Source of the DNA: Octopus bimaculoides
Taxonomy: Eukaryota
NCBI RefSeq assembly: GCF_001194135.2
Contig: NC_068988.1
Span: 20,665,475 to 20,729,474, forward strand
Direction of reading: 5' to 3'
Length of the DNA: 64,000 nt
This document shows, piece after piece, positions 22,738 through 33,734 of the stretch. How positions within the stretch are numbered: position 1 is the first letter of the stretch; each line of letters starts with the position of its first letter. Below the pieces are notes generated by a model that saw only the letters and a list, made by a program, of their open reading frames with translations, made no database searches and was not told where the DNA came from. Both the position numbers and the translations under genes were made by a program.

Positions 22738-23118
22738 TTGTTGGCACTCCATCGCTTACGCCGTCGAGGGTTCCACTTGAACCCATCAACGGAACAGCCT
22801 GCTCGTGAAATTAACGTGCAAGTGGCTGAGCACTCCACAGACACGTGTATCCTTAACGTAGTTCTCGGGGATATTCAGCATGACACAGTGTGACAAGGCT
22901 GACCCTTTGAATTACAGGCACAACAGAAACAGGAAGTAAGAGTGAGAGAAAGTTGAGGTGAAAGATTACAGCAGGGTTTGCCACCATCCCCTGCCGGAGC
23001 CTCGTGGAGCTTTAGGTGTTTTCGCTCAATAAACACTCACAACGCCCGGTCTGGGAATCGAAACCGCGATCCTATGACCACGAGTCCGCTGCCCTAACCA
23101 CTGGGCCATTGCGCCTCC
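22738..23118 (-). mobile_element. SINE family B, full length, with TSD
   Basis: TSD TACAACTTGGT (22727-22737 and 23119-23129). Confidence 0.9.
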
Positions 23119-23297
23119 TACAACTTGGTACCAATGTTGTTATAGGCACTGCCATTCATCATCAAAAAAGAACTGAAACAGATATTGAATGTTATTTTGT
23201 CTCTGCTAATCCACAGCTCTAGACTGGTACTATCAACAACAACAAAACAATGCCGAGAGCAATGTTTGAACTCATGTTCACTTAGTAAATCTTTATA

Positions 23298-23696
23298 GGC
23301 ATAGGAGTGGCTGTGTGGTAAGTAGCTTGCTTACCACCCACATGGTCCCGGGTTCAGTCCCACTGCATGGCACCTTGGGCAAGTGTCTTCTACTATAGCC
23401 TTGGGCCGACCAAAGCCTTGTGAGTGGATTTGGTAGATGGAAACTGAAAGAAGCCTGTCGTATATATGTATATATATATGTATATGTGTATGTGTTTGTC
23501 CCCCCAACATCGCTTGACAACCGATGCTGGTGTGTTTATGTCCCCGTAACTTAGTGGTTCAGCAAAAGAGACTGATAGAATAAGTACTAGGCTTCTAAAG
23601 AATAAGTCCTGGGGTCGATTTGCTCGACTAAAGGCGGTGCTCCAGCATGGCCACAGTCAAAAGACTGAAACAAGTAAAAGAGTAAAAGAGTAAAAG
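23298..23696 (+). mobile_element. SINE family A, full length
   Basis: Family A consensus with (GAGTAAAA)-type tail. Confidence 0.85.
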
Positions 23697-24570
23697 AACC
23701 TTTTAATCTTACAGCTCAGTGATAAACATTTATGTATGTTTACACTTATTTATATGTATATGTGTTATAGGAGAGTATTGTAGTTCGCTTGAAGCATTGT
23801 GTATTGTTTGTAAAGAATAAAAAGTTTAGAATAGTACAACAATGCACTCGGAAGAAGCTTCGTGAGACCACTACTGAGACACTTCCAAAAAAAAGAAAAC
23901 CGTTGGAAAACAGTTTATAGCAGAGACTCTATCTAAGAAGATCTGAAGAAGGAATTGTAATTCCGAAATATCATCAGACTATAGATAACCAAATTACAGC
24001 AGGTATATAGTCCATTTTTGTTTTATAGTGCATCGTTGTACCATTCTAAACTTATTATTATATGTGTTATATTTAGTAACAATATCTTTGACTGATACAC
24101 CATGATAGTGATCACTATTAACAAAGCTTGATATCTTGGGAAAGAAAAAACAAAATGAAATAAAAGAAGAAAGCAGATATGGAAAGAAATTGCTGATGAT
24201 GGCTCTCGCCATTAGATCAACAACATTTTTCTATGTTGGTATCTTTAGGGATACCAGCACGGAAAAATGCTCGGGATGTTGTTAATCCAACTGGATATAA
24301 CAATGAATATCATCAAATCAAGTTGGATTAACATCCACCCAGATATAAGCCTGAAATTATGGTGTGGATGATTTAAGATAACATTACTAAATATACAAAT
24401 GTAAAATACATCTATATACTACTTCTCTGCTACTGCGTTGTAAACTCTAAACAAGACTGTATAAAACACACACACACACACACACACGTGCCTGCATGCG
24501 TGTGTGTAATTGTATTTTTGAATTATATACATCCGTAAGCAACAATGTAAGAGAAACATATCCAACAATA

Positions 24571-24711
24571 TTGCTTACCAACCACATGGTTCTGGGTTCA
24601 GTCCCACTGCTTGGCCCTTTGGGCAAGTGTCTTCTACTATAGCCTCAGGCCGACCAAAGCCTTGTGAGTGGATTTTACAGATGGAAACTGAAAGAAGCCC
24701 GTCGTATATAA

Positions 24712-24785
<74 letters not shown>

Positions 24786-24981
24786 CTATGTTTGTCCCCC
24801 TCACCATCGCTTGACAACCGATGCTGGTGTGTTTATGTCCCCGTAACTTAGTGGTTCGGCAAAAGAGACCAATAGAATAAGTACTAGGCTTACAAAGAAT
24901 AAGTCCTGGGGTCGATTTGCTCGACTACAGGCGGTGCTCAAGCATGGCCGCAGTCAAATGACTGAAACAAGTAAAAGAGTA
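24571..24981 (+). mobile_element. SINE family A, head slightly truncated
   Basis: Family A consensus with a long central (TA)n. Confidence 0.85.
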
Positions 24982-25965
24982 ACAACTCTCAGAGGAGAAT
25001 CAAGCCTGTCATGTACTGTTGACCAGTTGGATGTACTTGTCAATAGTGTTGATCATTTGGTCAGTCAGCATGAGGTGTGTATGTGTGTGTGTGGTTTAAT
25101 TCTCTTGAGGGGTAGTTCAGTTTTACATCTGTCTTTTTTTTTTTCCTGCCGTTTATAGATACATACCCTATCATATTGATATAAAAAGATCAATCTTCTC
25201 ATCACTTTCACAATACACATCAGTAGACATACACACACACACATGTAATAATGAAGTGTGTTCTTGAAGGTTAAACATGCTCTGCTGGATATGAAAATGA
25301 CGACACCACATAGCTGTACTGTTGCCAAGGTGATAGATGTCGTGTGACCCGTAACCAGTGCAGGCATGAGAAGACGGTTATATAACAATTGGCTGCAACG
25401 TGTCAAGCTGTGGAGATGGAGAGAGCCTGACTGACAGAATGTTGCTAGGAATGAACAAACACCTTAGATGTGTGGCTTGTAAGACAGACATCGTCTTCCA
25501 CTAATTACAAAACATGACGTACCTATTTCAAACACGGTAGATTTACTTTACACAAGGCATTTACATTAAAACATTACTGAAACAAGATTCAAGAGTTGCT
25601 TAATTCTGCCATCCATTTCTTAGCCATGGATTGCAACTAGAATGGAGTCTCTTGTCTAAGAACGTTACATAATGAATGCTATCTACAGAATACTAGCTGC
25701 CATTAAATCATACACCAACAATAGTTACATTATGCATAATTATTTTGACATGAAACCTTGGTGATGAATGGAGGAAAGTGTGATATCCCCTCCCATACAC
25801 ACACACGAGAAGGTTCAATGTGGTCATTCATTTTACTAGAAACAGCAGCTAAATATTTCTTATCTCTTAGATAATGAAGGACACACAGCATCATTAATCC
25901 TGGATATATTAAGATGATATAGTTATAGAGTCATGGCTGGAATGTATAATATATATATATATGAG

Positions 25966-26286
25966 TGGCACTCCGTTGGTCGTGATGACGAGGGTTCCAG
26001 TTGGTCCGATAAATGGAACAGCTGCTTGTGGAATTAATGTGCAAGTGGCTGAGCACTCCAGAGACACACGTACCCTTAATGTAGTTAGTTCTCAGGGAGA
26101 TTCAGCATGACACAATGCGACATGGCTGGCTCCTTAGAAATACAGGTACTGCTCATCTTTGCTAGATGAGTGGACTGGAACAACATGAAATAAAGTGTCT
26201 TGCTCAAGGACATAATGCACCACTGGAAATCGAACTCAGGAACTTACAATCTTGAGATGAATACCCTAACTACTAAACCACAAGCC
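25966..26286 (-). mobile_element. SINE family G (different head and core, family B 3' half)
   Basis: Minus strand GGCTTGTGGTTTAGTAGTTAGG...GAGTTCGATTTCC head and GTCCTTGAGCAAGACACTTTA core, then the B-type GTGGAGTGCTCAGCCACTTGCAC...GGAGTGCC tail. Confidence 0.65.
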
Positions 26287-26399
26287 TTTATTTAACACAC
26301 ACACACACACATACAGACAGTATATTACAGGTATGTAGACAGCATACACAACACTAGTATGTGACAATTATGTAGACAGTTTATCAAACACAAATAGGT

Positions 26400-26668
26400 G
26401 TTTGTGGCAGATACCAGTGTCACACAAATTGGCACCCATGCCGGTGGAACATAAACACACCCCAGTGTCATGCAAATGGCACCAGTGCCAGTGGCACGTA
26501 AAAGCACCCATTACACTTTTGGAATGGTTGGCATTAGGAAGGGCATCCAGCCATAGAAAACCATGCCAAATCAGACTGGAGTCTGGTGCAGCCTTCCAGC
26601 GCGCCAGCCCTGGTCAAACCGTCCAACCCATGCCAGCATGGACAATGGACATTAAATGATGATGATGT
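26400..26668 (+). mobile_element. Retroposon family C variant
   Basis: Repeated GGCAC..(G/A)TGCC.GTGG.AC.TAAA modules followed by the family C tail. Confidence 0.7.
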
Positions 26669-27150
26669 GTTATTTCAGCCATACCATAAGGTTTTGATAG
26701 GCATCCCTTGATGAGATTGCTTCAGTCTTAGAAACAGAGGAACCTAACTGGATGCTACTCAAACCTGATGAGACACTGTCCTGACATAACTAGACAATGT
26801 CCAGGCCTGACCAGACCACACCACACCAGATCAGACAGTGCTCAGATTTGATAAAAACAGTGCCCAAACCTGACTGGACCGTGTTGAGATTGACCATGTA
26901 TTATTGTTAGGTATCTAGTTTGGTTCCTTACTTTATAACCAGTGTCCAGACTGACAGAAGAATGAAGCAGATATTATAGGATTCAACTGAAAGGTTGTGA
27001 GAGAGAGGCTGATCTATGGAAAAGAAAGGGGAGAAATTGAGGAAGAAGCAGATGATGTGAAGTCAAGGAATATGTGAGGAATATGGTTGAGCTGAGAGAG
27101 AAATGGGGGGAGGAAAGCAGGTCAAGAAGTGAAGGGTTAGTTGAACTTAC

Positions 27151-27346
27151 CTAGTCGATGCTTCATAGCAATCTCCGTCCTCTCCACTTCCCACTTGTCT
27201 GGTTCAGGACTGAAACCAAATACTGTCGGTTTGTTTCGTTTTGGTGCCGGATATAAGAGTGTAGTAACTAAACCATCTGCATGAATAGAATGGTGGTGGA
27301 CTAATTCAGCCAACGTGTTAAATCTGTGGTCTGCTGTAACATATAC
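27151..27346 (-). CDS. Abl: Abl tyrosine kinase exon: SH2 C-terminal half, SH2-kinase linker and start of kinase domain (196 nt, phase 0 to 1)
   Basis: Translates [66 protein letters not shown], closely matching ABL ([12 protein letters not shown]...[11 protein letters not shown]...DKWE). Preceded by a polypyrimidine tract and TTTCAG acceptor (AG at 27348-27347); followed by a GTAAGT donor (27150-27145). Confidence 0.97.
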
Positions 27347-27406
27347 CTGAAAGAGCAAAGAGAAAAAGAGAGAGAATATAATTAAGGGCTTCATCTTAAC
27401 ATAGTA

Positions 27407-28310
27407 TCTTATCTATAAAAGGCAGATTTTCTGTGTGTGTGTGTGTGTGTGTGTATATGTTTAAAATTCATACATTTACACAATTCCAAATCTTTTGGAT
27501 GAAAGAATCGGAATTAATATTCTAAATACCATAACTTAGGTCACAGCGTCATTTTTTCCGTCAAAATAACTCCCAATTACGAATAAAATCCATAAACCTA
27601 CACAAATTAACATTCCCTACCCTAATAAAATCTAATTTCCTCTTTCTACTACCTTTACAAATCCTTCCAACTCCTACTTTCTCTTATGAACCTTTATGAA
27701 CGATCCAACAACAAATACAAAAAGAAAGGAAGGAGAAACACTGACAGTAAAAGAAAACTATTTCAGTATCAAAATTGAAACAATCACATTTCGATACTGT
27801 AATGACAGATACTTTTACTTTAATGGTTTCATTTTTATACTGAGACTACTACAGTGAAACTATACTCTCACATATATACAGGCATACATACATATAACAG
27901 CAATTACAATAACACCTGATCAAGGTCATAGATACTAGGGGATGCTGGAACATTGCTGGCCCAACCTCTCAAGTTCTTTTACAGGGCTTAGAAAAACTGA
28001 AGGACTGCTGCAATAAGTGTGTGAATCTGAAAGAGGAATATGTTGAGTAAAATCAATTACCTGGTCCTCCTGTATTTTCTTTTACCCAAAGCCAGGAATT
28101 TTTCAGCACTCCCTCGATGATATTTCATAAATTTGGATGGTTCTACCTTAATATAATATGAATTCACATAATTTCCCTTTCGTTTTCCTGTCATGTTTTC
28201 TGTTCGCCACTATATTCCTCCGCATTACAAAACTTCATTTAATTTGTTTCCGCGGGAAGAGCTATTCTAACAATGCGTCCTGCCCCAACTCTTTGAAACG
28301 CTTAGTTTAG
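27407..28310 (+). mobile_element. Possible second Helitron-like element containing the nested mariner MITE
   Basis: A|TCTTATCTATAAAAGGCAG...(TG)n start resembles the Helitron above, and there is a near-palindrome TTCCGCGGGAA near 28250. The 3' end TTAG|T is only a degenerate CTAG and has no clean hairpin. Confidence 0.3.
27935..28116 (+). mobile_element. mariner-derived MITE, second copy
   Basis: Homologous to 36949-37164 (LLQGLEKLKDCCNKCVNLKEEYVE*), with right TIR GCCAGGAATTTTTCAGCACTCCCTCG. Confidence 0.7.
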
Positions 28311-28479
28311 TATGGTGGCAGCTGATGAAGGAATTGTTCTCTATGCGGCCTGTGTGTTCTCTGTGCTCTGTTTATGTTCTGTTTTTCATTTTATCCAGTT
28401 TTTTGTGATGTCCTGTACCCAGATATGCATCTATACATACATGTACGTATATATGCATATACTCACATATTATTTGTAT

Positions 28480-28511
<32 letters not shown>

Positions 28512-29096
28512 CATACACACACACAATGTATATTGTATATGAAGAGAAATACAAACAAAAGAAAACAAGATAATAGCAAAGATCAGAGTTGAAACTGTCA
28601 AAACAGATACATTAGCAGTTTATTTAAGTAGTGTGTACTACCTGAGGATAGGCAGACACATCAGAAGCCCCTATCTGATAAAAATATTATACTAAGAATA
28701 TTTCTGAATCAACCTTGCAAAGGAAAAAAGAAGAAAAAAAAAAGGCTCAACATATTTCTGGGTTTATTTATTTATTTTTTTTCTCTTATAGACATGATAA
28801 CAGCACTGTAAAGTTTACAGTCAACTACATTATACACCCATTTTATAGCACCCCCCCTACACATGCATCAGTAAGTTGGGATGGTGAAGAGCTAAATTCA
28901 ACACAATGATAGATTGACCTATCATTAACAATGATATTTTGCTGTGAAGAAAGCATACACACACATACAGACAGAAGCTTGCAATAACATTGAAATGGAA
29001 AAGAATGCGACTAGATGCAGGATCAGTGTGATGTTTATATTACTACATGATTGTACTTGCTTCACCTGGCACAAAACACACCATGCAGCTCTAGAT

Positions 29097-29141
<45 letters not shown>

Positions 29142-29151
29142 NNNNNNNNNN

Positions 29152-29196
<45 letters not shown>

Positions 29197-30523
29197 CCTT
29201 GTTACTGTGGTGCAACGATGAAGGAAGTGGGGCTGGATGGAAATCTGTCAGAGGAACAGAGAGTTGAACCAATGATAAAAGGTATTAGTGTAAATAGTGT
29301 TATAAGTATTGATGTAAAGAAAAATATTATCAATAGATGAGAGGGGAAGAGAGATTAGAAGCTGCTAGTGGGATGAAGACATTAAATTGTAATAGAGACT
29401 GAAAGGAAGAGGAGGAGGCACTGCTCTTTGAAAAGAAAAAAAAGAAAACAACAAAACACTTTCAACACACTGCTCTCCATGTATCCATGATAAAAAACAT
29501 AAATAATATAGGTCATATAGTCAAGTAAAGCAACACTAGTTTCTTGAGATACCAGCATCCAACAGTCTGATGCTATTAGATAAAAATCAAAATTCTATCA
29601 ATAATAGCTTAATTCAAAGAAGAATGAAAGCAACAACAACTAGGTTAAAGAAAAAACTACAGTAATAAAACATTAATAATAATTAAAAAAAAACTATATG
29701 GAAAAAACTAAATCCAAAGAAGAGAGAGCAAAACAAAAAGAAGATGTACAACCCCATCAAGATAGCTTCCTCATATTCAAAATTATGAAAGTTTAAAGTG
29801 CAGAGCAGTGCATGAAGGCACAGATATCCAGTTAACTGAAAGCAATGCAGTGGTGGAGATAAACCAAAGGCTGCTTGCAATAAGTAAACTACCAAACAGT
29901 TGAAAGTATGTAAGGTACGAAGACACAACTTGTCAGACTTGAAACAGATAGCATGGCAACCTTCCACAGAATAGGTTCCGTTATGCTTTGTGAAGTGGTA
30001 GGTGTTAGATAAGGGCAAACCAGCTGTAGAACCCTGGAGCATGAAACCATAGCCCCAACTCATCTGACCCCCTTAAACCGTGTGACCCATGTCAGCATTG
30101 AAGATGGGTGTTGAGTGATGATGATGATGATGATGACGATAATGACATATTCATATTATGTTGAATAATTAGAAAGAAACCATGTGATTTTTTTTTTTTT
30201 TAATCTATAAAATTGTGTATGTGGGTGTATATGTGTATGTGCGCACATGTGTAGAGAAACACTCATTCATGCATACGTGGATGCTACACGGCCAAATGTA
30301 TAAGTTGACTCTACAATCACAAAGTAGTTCGTGGCTTTCATTTCACTGCATGGCATCTATGGGAAGTATCTTTTACCATAACCTCAATTCATCTTAAGCC
30401 TTCTGAGTGGAATTGGGTTGATAGAAACTGCACTGACCCCTGTCAGATGAATTGTACCTGATGATAATTCAAGGTTAATGATTTCCAATGTATCACATTG
30501 ATTTTACTTGAGAAGTATATTAA

Positions 30524-30750
30524 GGGTGGCATGTTGTGTCCTTGAGCAAGACACTTTACTTCATGTTGCTCCAGTACACTGAGCTGGCAGAAATGAGTAG
30601 TACCTGTATTTCAAAGGGTCAGCCTTGTTACATTCTGTGTCATGCTAACTCTTCAAGAACTACATTAATGGTATGCATGTCAGTGGAGTGCTCAGCCACT
30701 TGCACGATAATCTCACAAGCTGGCTGTTCAGTAGATTGGACCAACCAGAA
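30524..30750 (+). mobile_element. SINE family G, partial
   Basis: GTCCTTGAGCAAGACACTTTA...TCAAAGGGTCAGCCTTG...GTGGAGTGCTCAGCCACTTGCAC. Confidence 0.6.
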
Positions 30751-31109
30751 CACTCATCATCTAATAGCTGAGTCACTATCAGAACTAGAGGAGAAGTTTC
30801 AGGTGGGGAAACAAGGTCTAGAATCGAAGGGTTATAGAAGACACTTGCCCAAAGTGCTACGCAGTGGGACTGAACCTGGAACCATGTGGTTGGGCAGCAA
30901 GCTTCTTACCACATAGCCATGCCTGTGTATATATATATATATCTACAAATCTGTATCATCTCTATGCATTATGCTTGAGAGAGAGAGAGAGAGAGAGAGA
31001 GTGTNNNNNNNNNNTTACCACATAGCCATGCCTGTGTATATATATATATATCTACAAATCTGTATCATCTCTATGCATTATGCTTGAGAGAGAGAGAGAG
31101 AGAGAGAGA

Positions 31110-31140
<31 letters not shown>

Positions 31141-32104
31141 ACTAGATGCATCATTTCTTTAATCCACAGCTACAATCGTTCAATTAAAAAAAAAGAAAAC
31201 CTGAGGTGATGCAGGAAGATGTTTAGGAAGATGGGTAAAAGAGACTCAGGAGACATTGAGGAAATAGGAGATGGACCAGAGATTTAAAAGCTGGGTTAGG
31301 TGGAATAAGGGTTACAGGAAGTAAGGGACAAATGTATCCCAAAGAAATTTTAGGAAATACTAACTCAGATGTGTCAGTTATGAAAGCAAGCCTCGTGAGA
31401 AGCAATGATAAAACAAATCACAATTCTTAAACAGGCACAAATGGTGTCAGTGGTTATTGTTGTTGTTGTTGTTGTTGTTTGACCCTCTCACCCCCACTCC
31501 CCCAGAACTGGTCTGATTCAGACNNNNNNNNNNNNNNNNNNNNNNNNNNNNNNNNNNNNNNNNNNNNNNNNNNNNNNNNNNNNNNNNNNNNNNNNNNNNN
31601 NNNNNNNNNNNNNNNNNNNNNNNNNNNNNNNNNNNNNNNNNNNNNNNNNNNNNNNNNNNNNNNNNNNNNNNNNNNNNNNNNNNNNNNNNNNNNNNNNNNN
31701 NNNNNNNNNNNNNNNNNNNNNNNNNNNNNNNNNNNNNNNNNTGGTGGTGGTGGTGGTGGTGGTGGTGGTAGTGGGAGTGGTGGTGCTGGTGGTGGCAGTG
31801 TGTGTCGATCTGGAGAACAATGATGGCATTTACGAAAATAATGATGCAACTAGATCCAAGACAGGATAGAAAACAATCAATCATGTAAGGCATCCCTGGT
31901 ATATTACTGCTAATTAATCTACAAACCCCAAAAGAAAGAAAAAAAAAATGGCTGCTGCTCAGATTTTTAAAAACATGAAGCAGAAAATTAGTGACTGTAA
32001 CTTAGTACAGTTTTCTACTTCTTGTCTCATCACACAGATATAGGAGTGCTACACTAAGAAATACTATTCACAACTAGATATTGTGTGTCTACCACATACA
32101 TACA

Positions 32105-32490
32105 GGCCCACGCATGGTTGTCTGGTTAACGAGTTCACTTCTCAACAATGTGGTTTCAGGTTCAGTCCCACTGTGTGACATCTTGGGAAAGTATCTACCA
32201 CAGCCCTAGACCGACCAAAGAAGCCTTGTGGGTGGATTTGGTAGATAGAAGGTGAAAGAAACTCATGATATGTGTGTTGTCACAGTCATTCCAAGCAGTG
32301 TCTTGGTTTCCGATCTGTGAAAACATGTCGAGCCATGGGAAAATATTACCTGGCTTGGAAACAGATGAGGGTTGGTGACAGGAAGAGTATTCAACTATAG
32401 AAAATCTACCTCGATGAATTCTGTCTGATCCATATAAGTATGGCAAAGTGGATGTTAAATCAATGATGATGATGATGATGATGACGACAA
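32105..32490 (+). mobile_element. SINE family F (family A head, family C-type tail)
   Basis: GGTTCAGTCCCACTG...GCCTTGTGGGTGGATTTGGTAGA head, then GAGGGTTGGTGACAGGAAGAG...ATAGAAAATCTACCTC...GGATGTTAAA(TGA)n. Confidence 0.65.
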
Positions 32491-32676
32491 CTGCACACAC
32501 AAGAGGTAATGTAGAAATGAGGTGAACATCACAGCATCAAGAATAAAGTAAGAAAACTCTTCTTACACATCTGAGATTTTTTCAACAAGCTTGCCAAGTG
32601 ACAGAAAAACCAGCAACCATATTCCAATTGCAAGAATTCCAAAGATAAAATTTACCAGGAGAGGTGAGAGTGATTG

Positions 32677-32712
<36 letters not shown>

Positions 32713-33734
32713 CCTACTTAGCAACATTTTATCTGGAAAATATTCTATTTCCTCAAACATAAAATAACAAGATTGAATAAAAGCACTTTCCAAAACACAA
32801 TCTACACAAATAATAATTATAAATAAGACAAAACAGTATTTACTACATTAGAATTAATTTATGCTTTTATTAAAAACACAAAAAAAAAACTGAGCACAAT
32901 ATATTTTTGTTTTATCATCTTGGAACATATGCAAGGTTTTAATAGACAGTTGGCAATTAATTAATTATGATAATAACACATTTTAGCAGTACAAATTGTT
33001 TGCTGAATCAGTAAAACTTTCCCAGAAGTCAGTAAGGAGAGAACTAAAGCTATTTGCTTCCAGAGGAAGTTATTCTGGATGTCTGTTCTCAGTTCCCTGA
33101 TGTACCCTGAAGGGTGGGGTTGAAATAACTCAAGAGGGATTTCACAGTAAACTGACACGGAAGTCAATGTTGTTGTTGTACTTGTTTGGCTCCAGGTCAA
33201 CTCTGTTCCAGCTGTCATCGTCCAGTCTTTATATTTCACATACAGTGGACCTAGGATTACATTATCAAGGGTATCCTTCTTTTTTCCCAAGACATCATCA
33301 TCATCATCATTTAATGACTGTTTTCAATACTGGTATGGGTTGGATGATTTAACAGGATCTGATAAGCTGCAGGGCTGCACTGAGCTCCAATGTCAGCTTT
33401 GGCATGGCTTCTACAGGTGAATACCCTTCCTAATGCCAACCACTTTACAGTATGCATGGGTGCTTTTCTTCATGCCACTGGCACTAGAGAAGTCACCAAG
33501 TAACTGGCAAGACAAGAAAAGAACAAGAAAAGACAGGAAGGTGTAAATACATAGAAATTTGGTTGCTATTCCTAGCAAGTTGAGTGACTGTGTAGTAGCA
33601 TCCCTATTGATTAAACACAGAGAAGAGTAAAAATTCACAGCTGAAGGCTAGGGTTTTGCAGATCAAATCATACCAAAGTAACTGGCTGACAAATCAGGTG
33701 CCAATATCAGTGAAATGGTTGATTTTAGAGAATA

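Noticed and set aside
26705-26740. TTGATGA...GAAAC hammerhead-like string
   Set aside because: Extra bases lie between stem II and GAAA, C3 is missing, and no stem I or stem III pairing is found.
30906-31113. 99-bp direct duplication around a 10-N gap
   Set aside because: Identical gap-flanking copies ending in a microsatellite; assembly artefact.
32961-33290. 109-aa minus-strand ORF as a candidate alternative Abl exon
   Set aside because: Its 5' third is a family H repeat; it has no Abl N-terminal similarity and no convincing splice sites.
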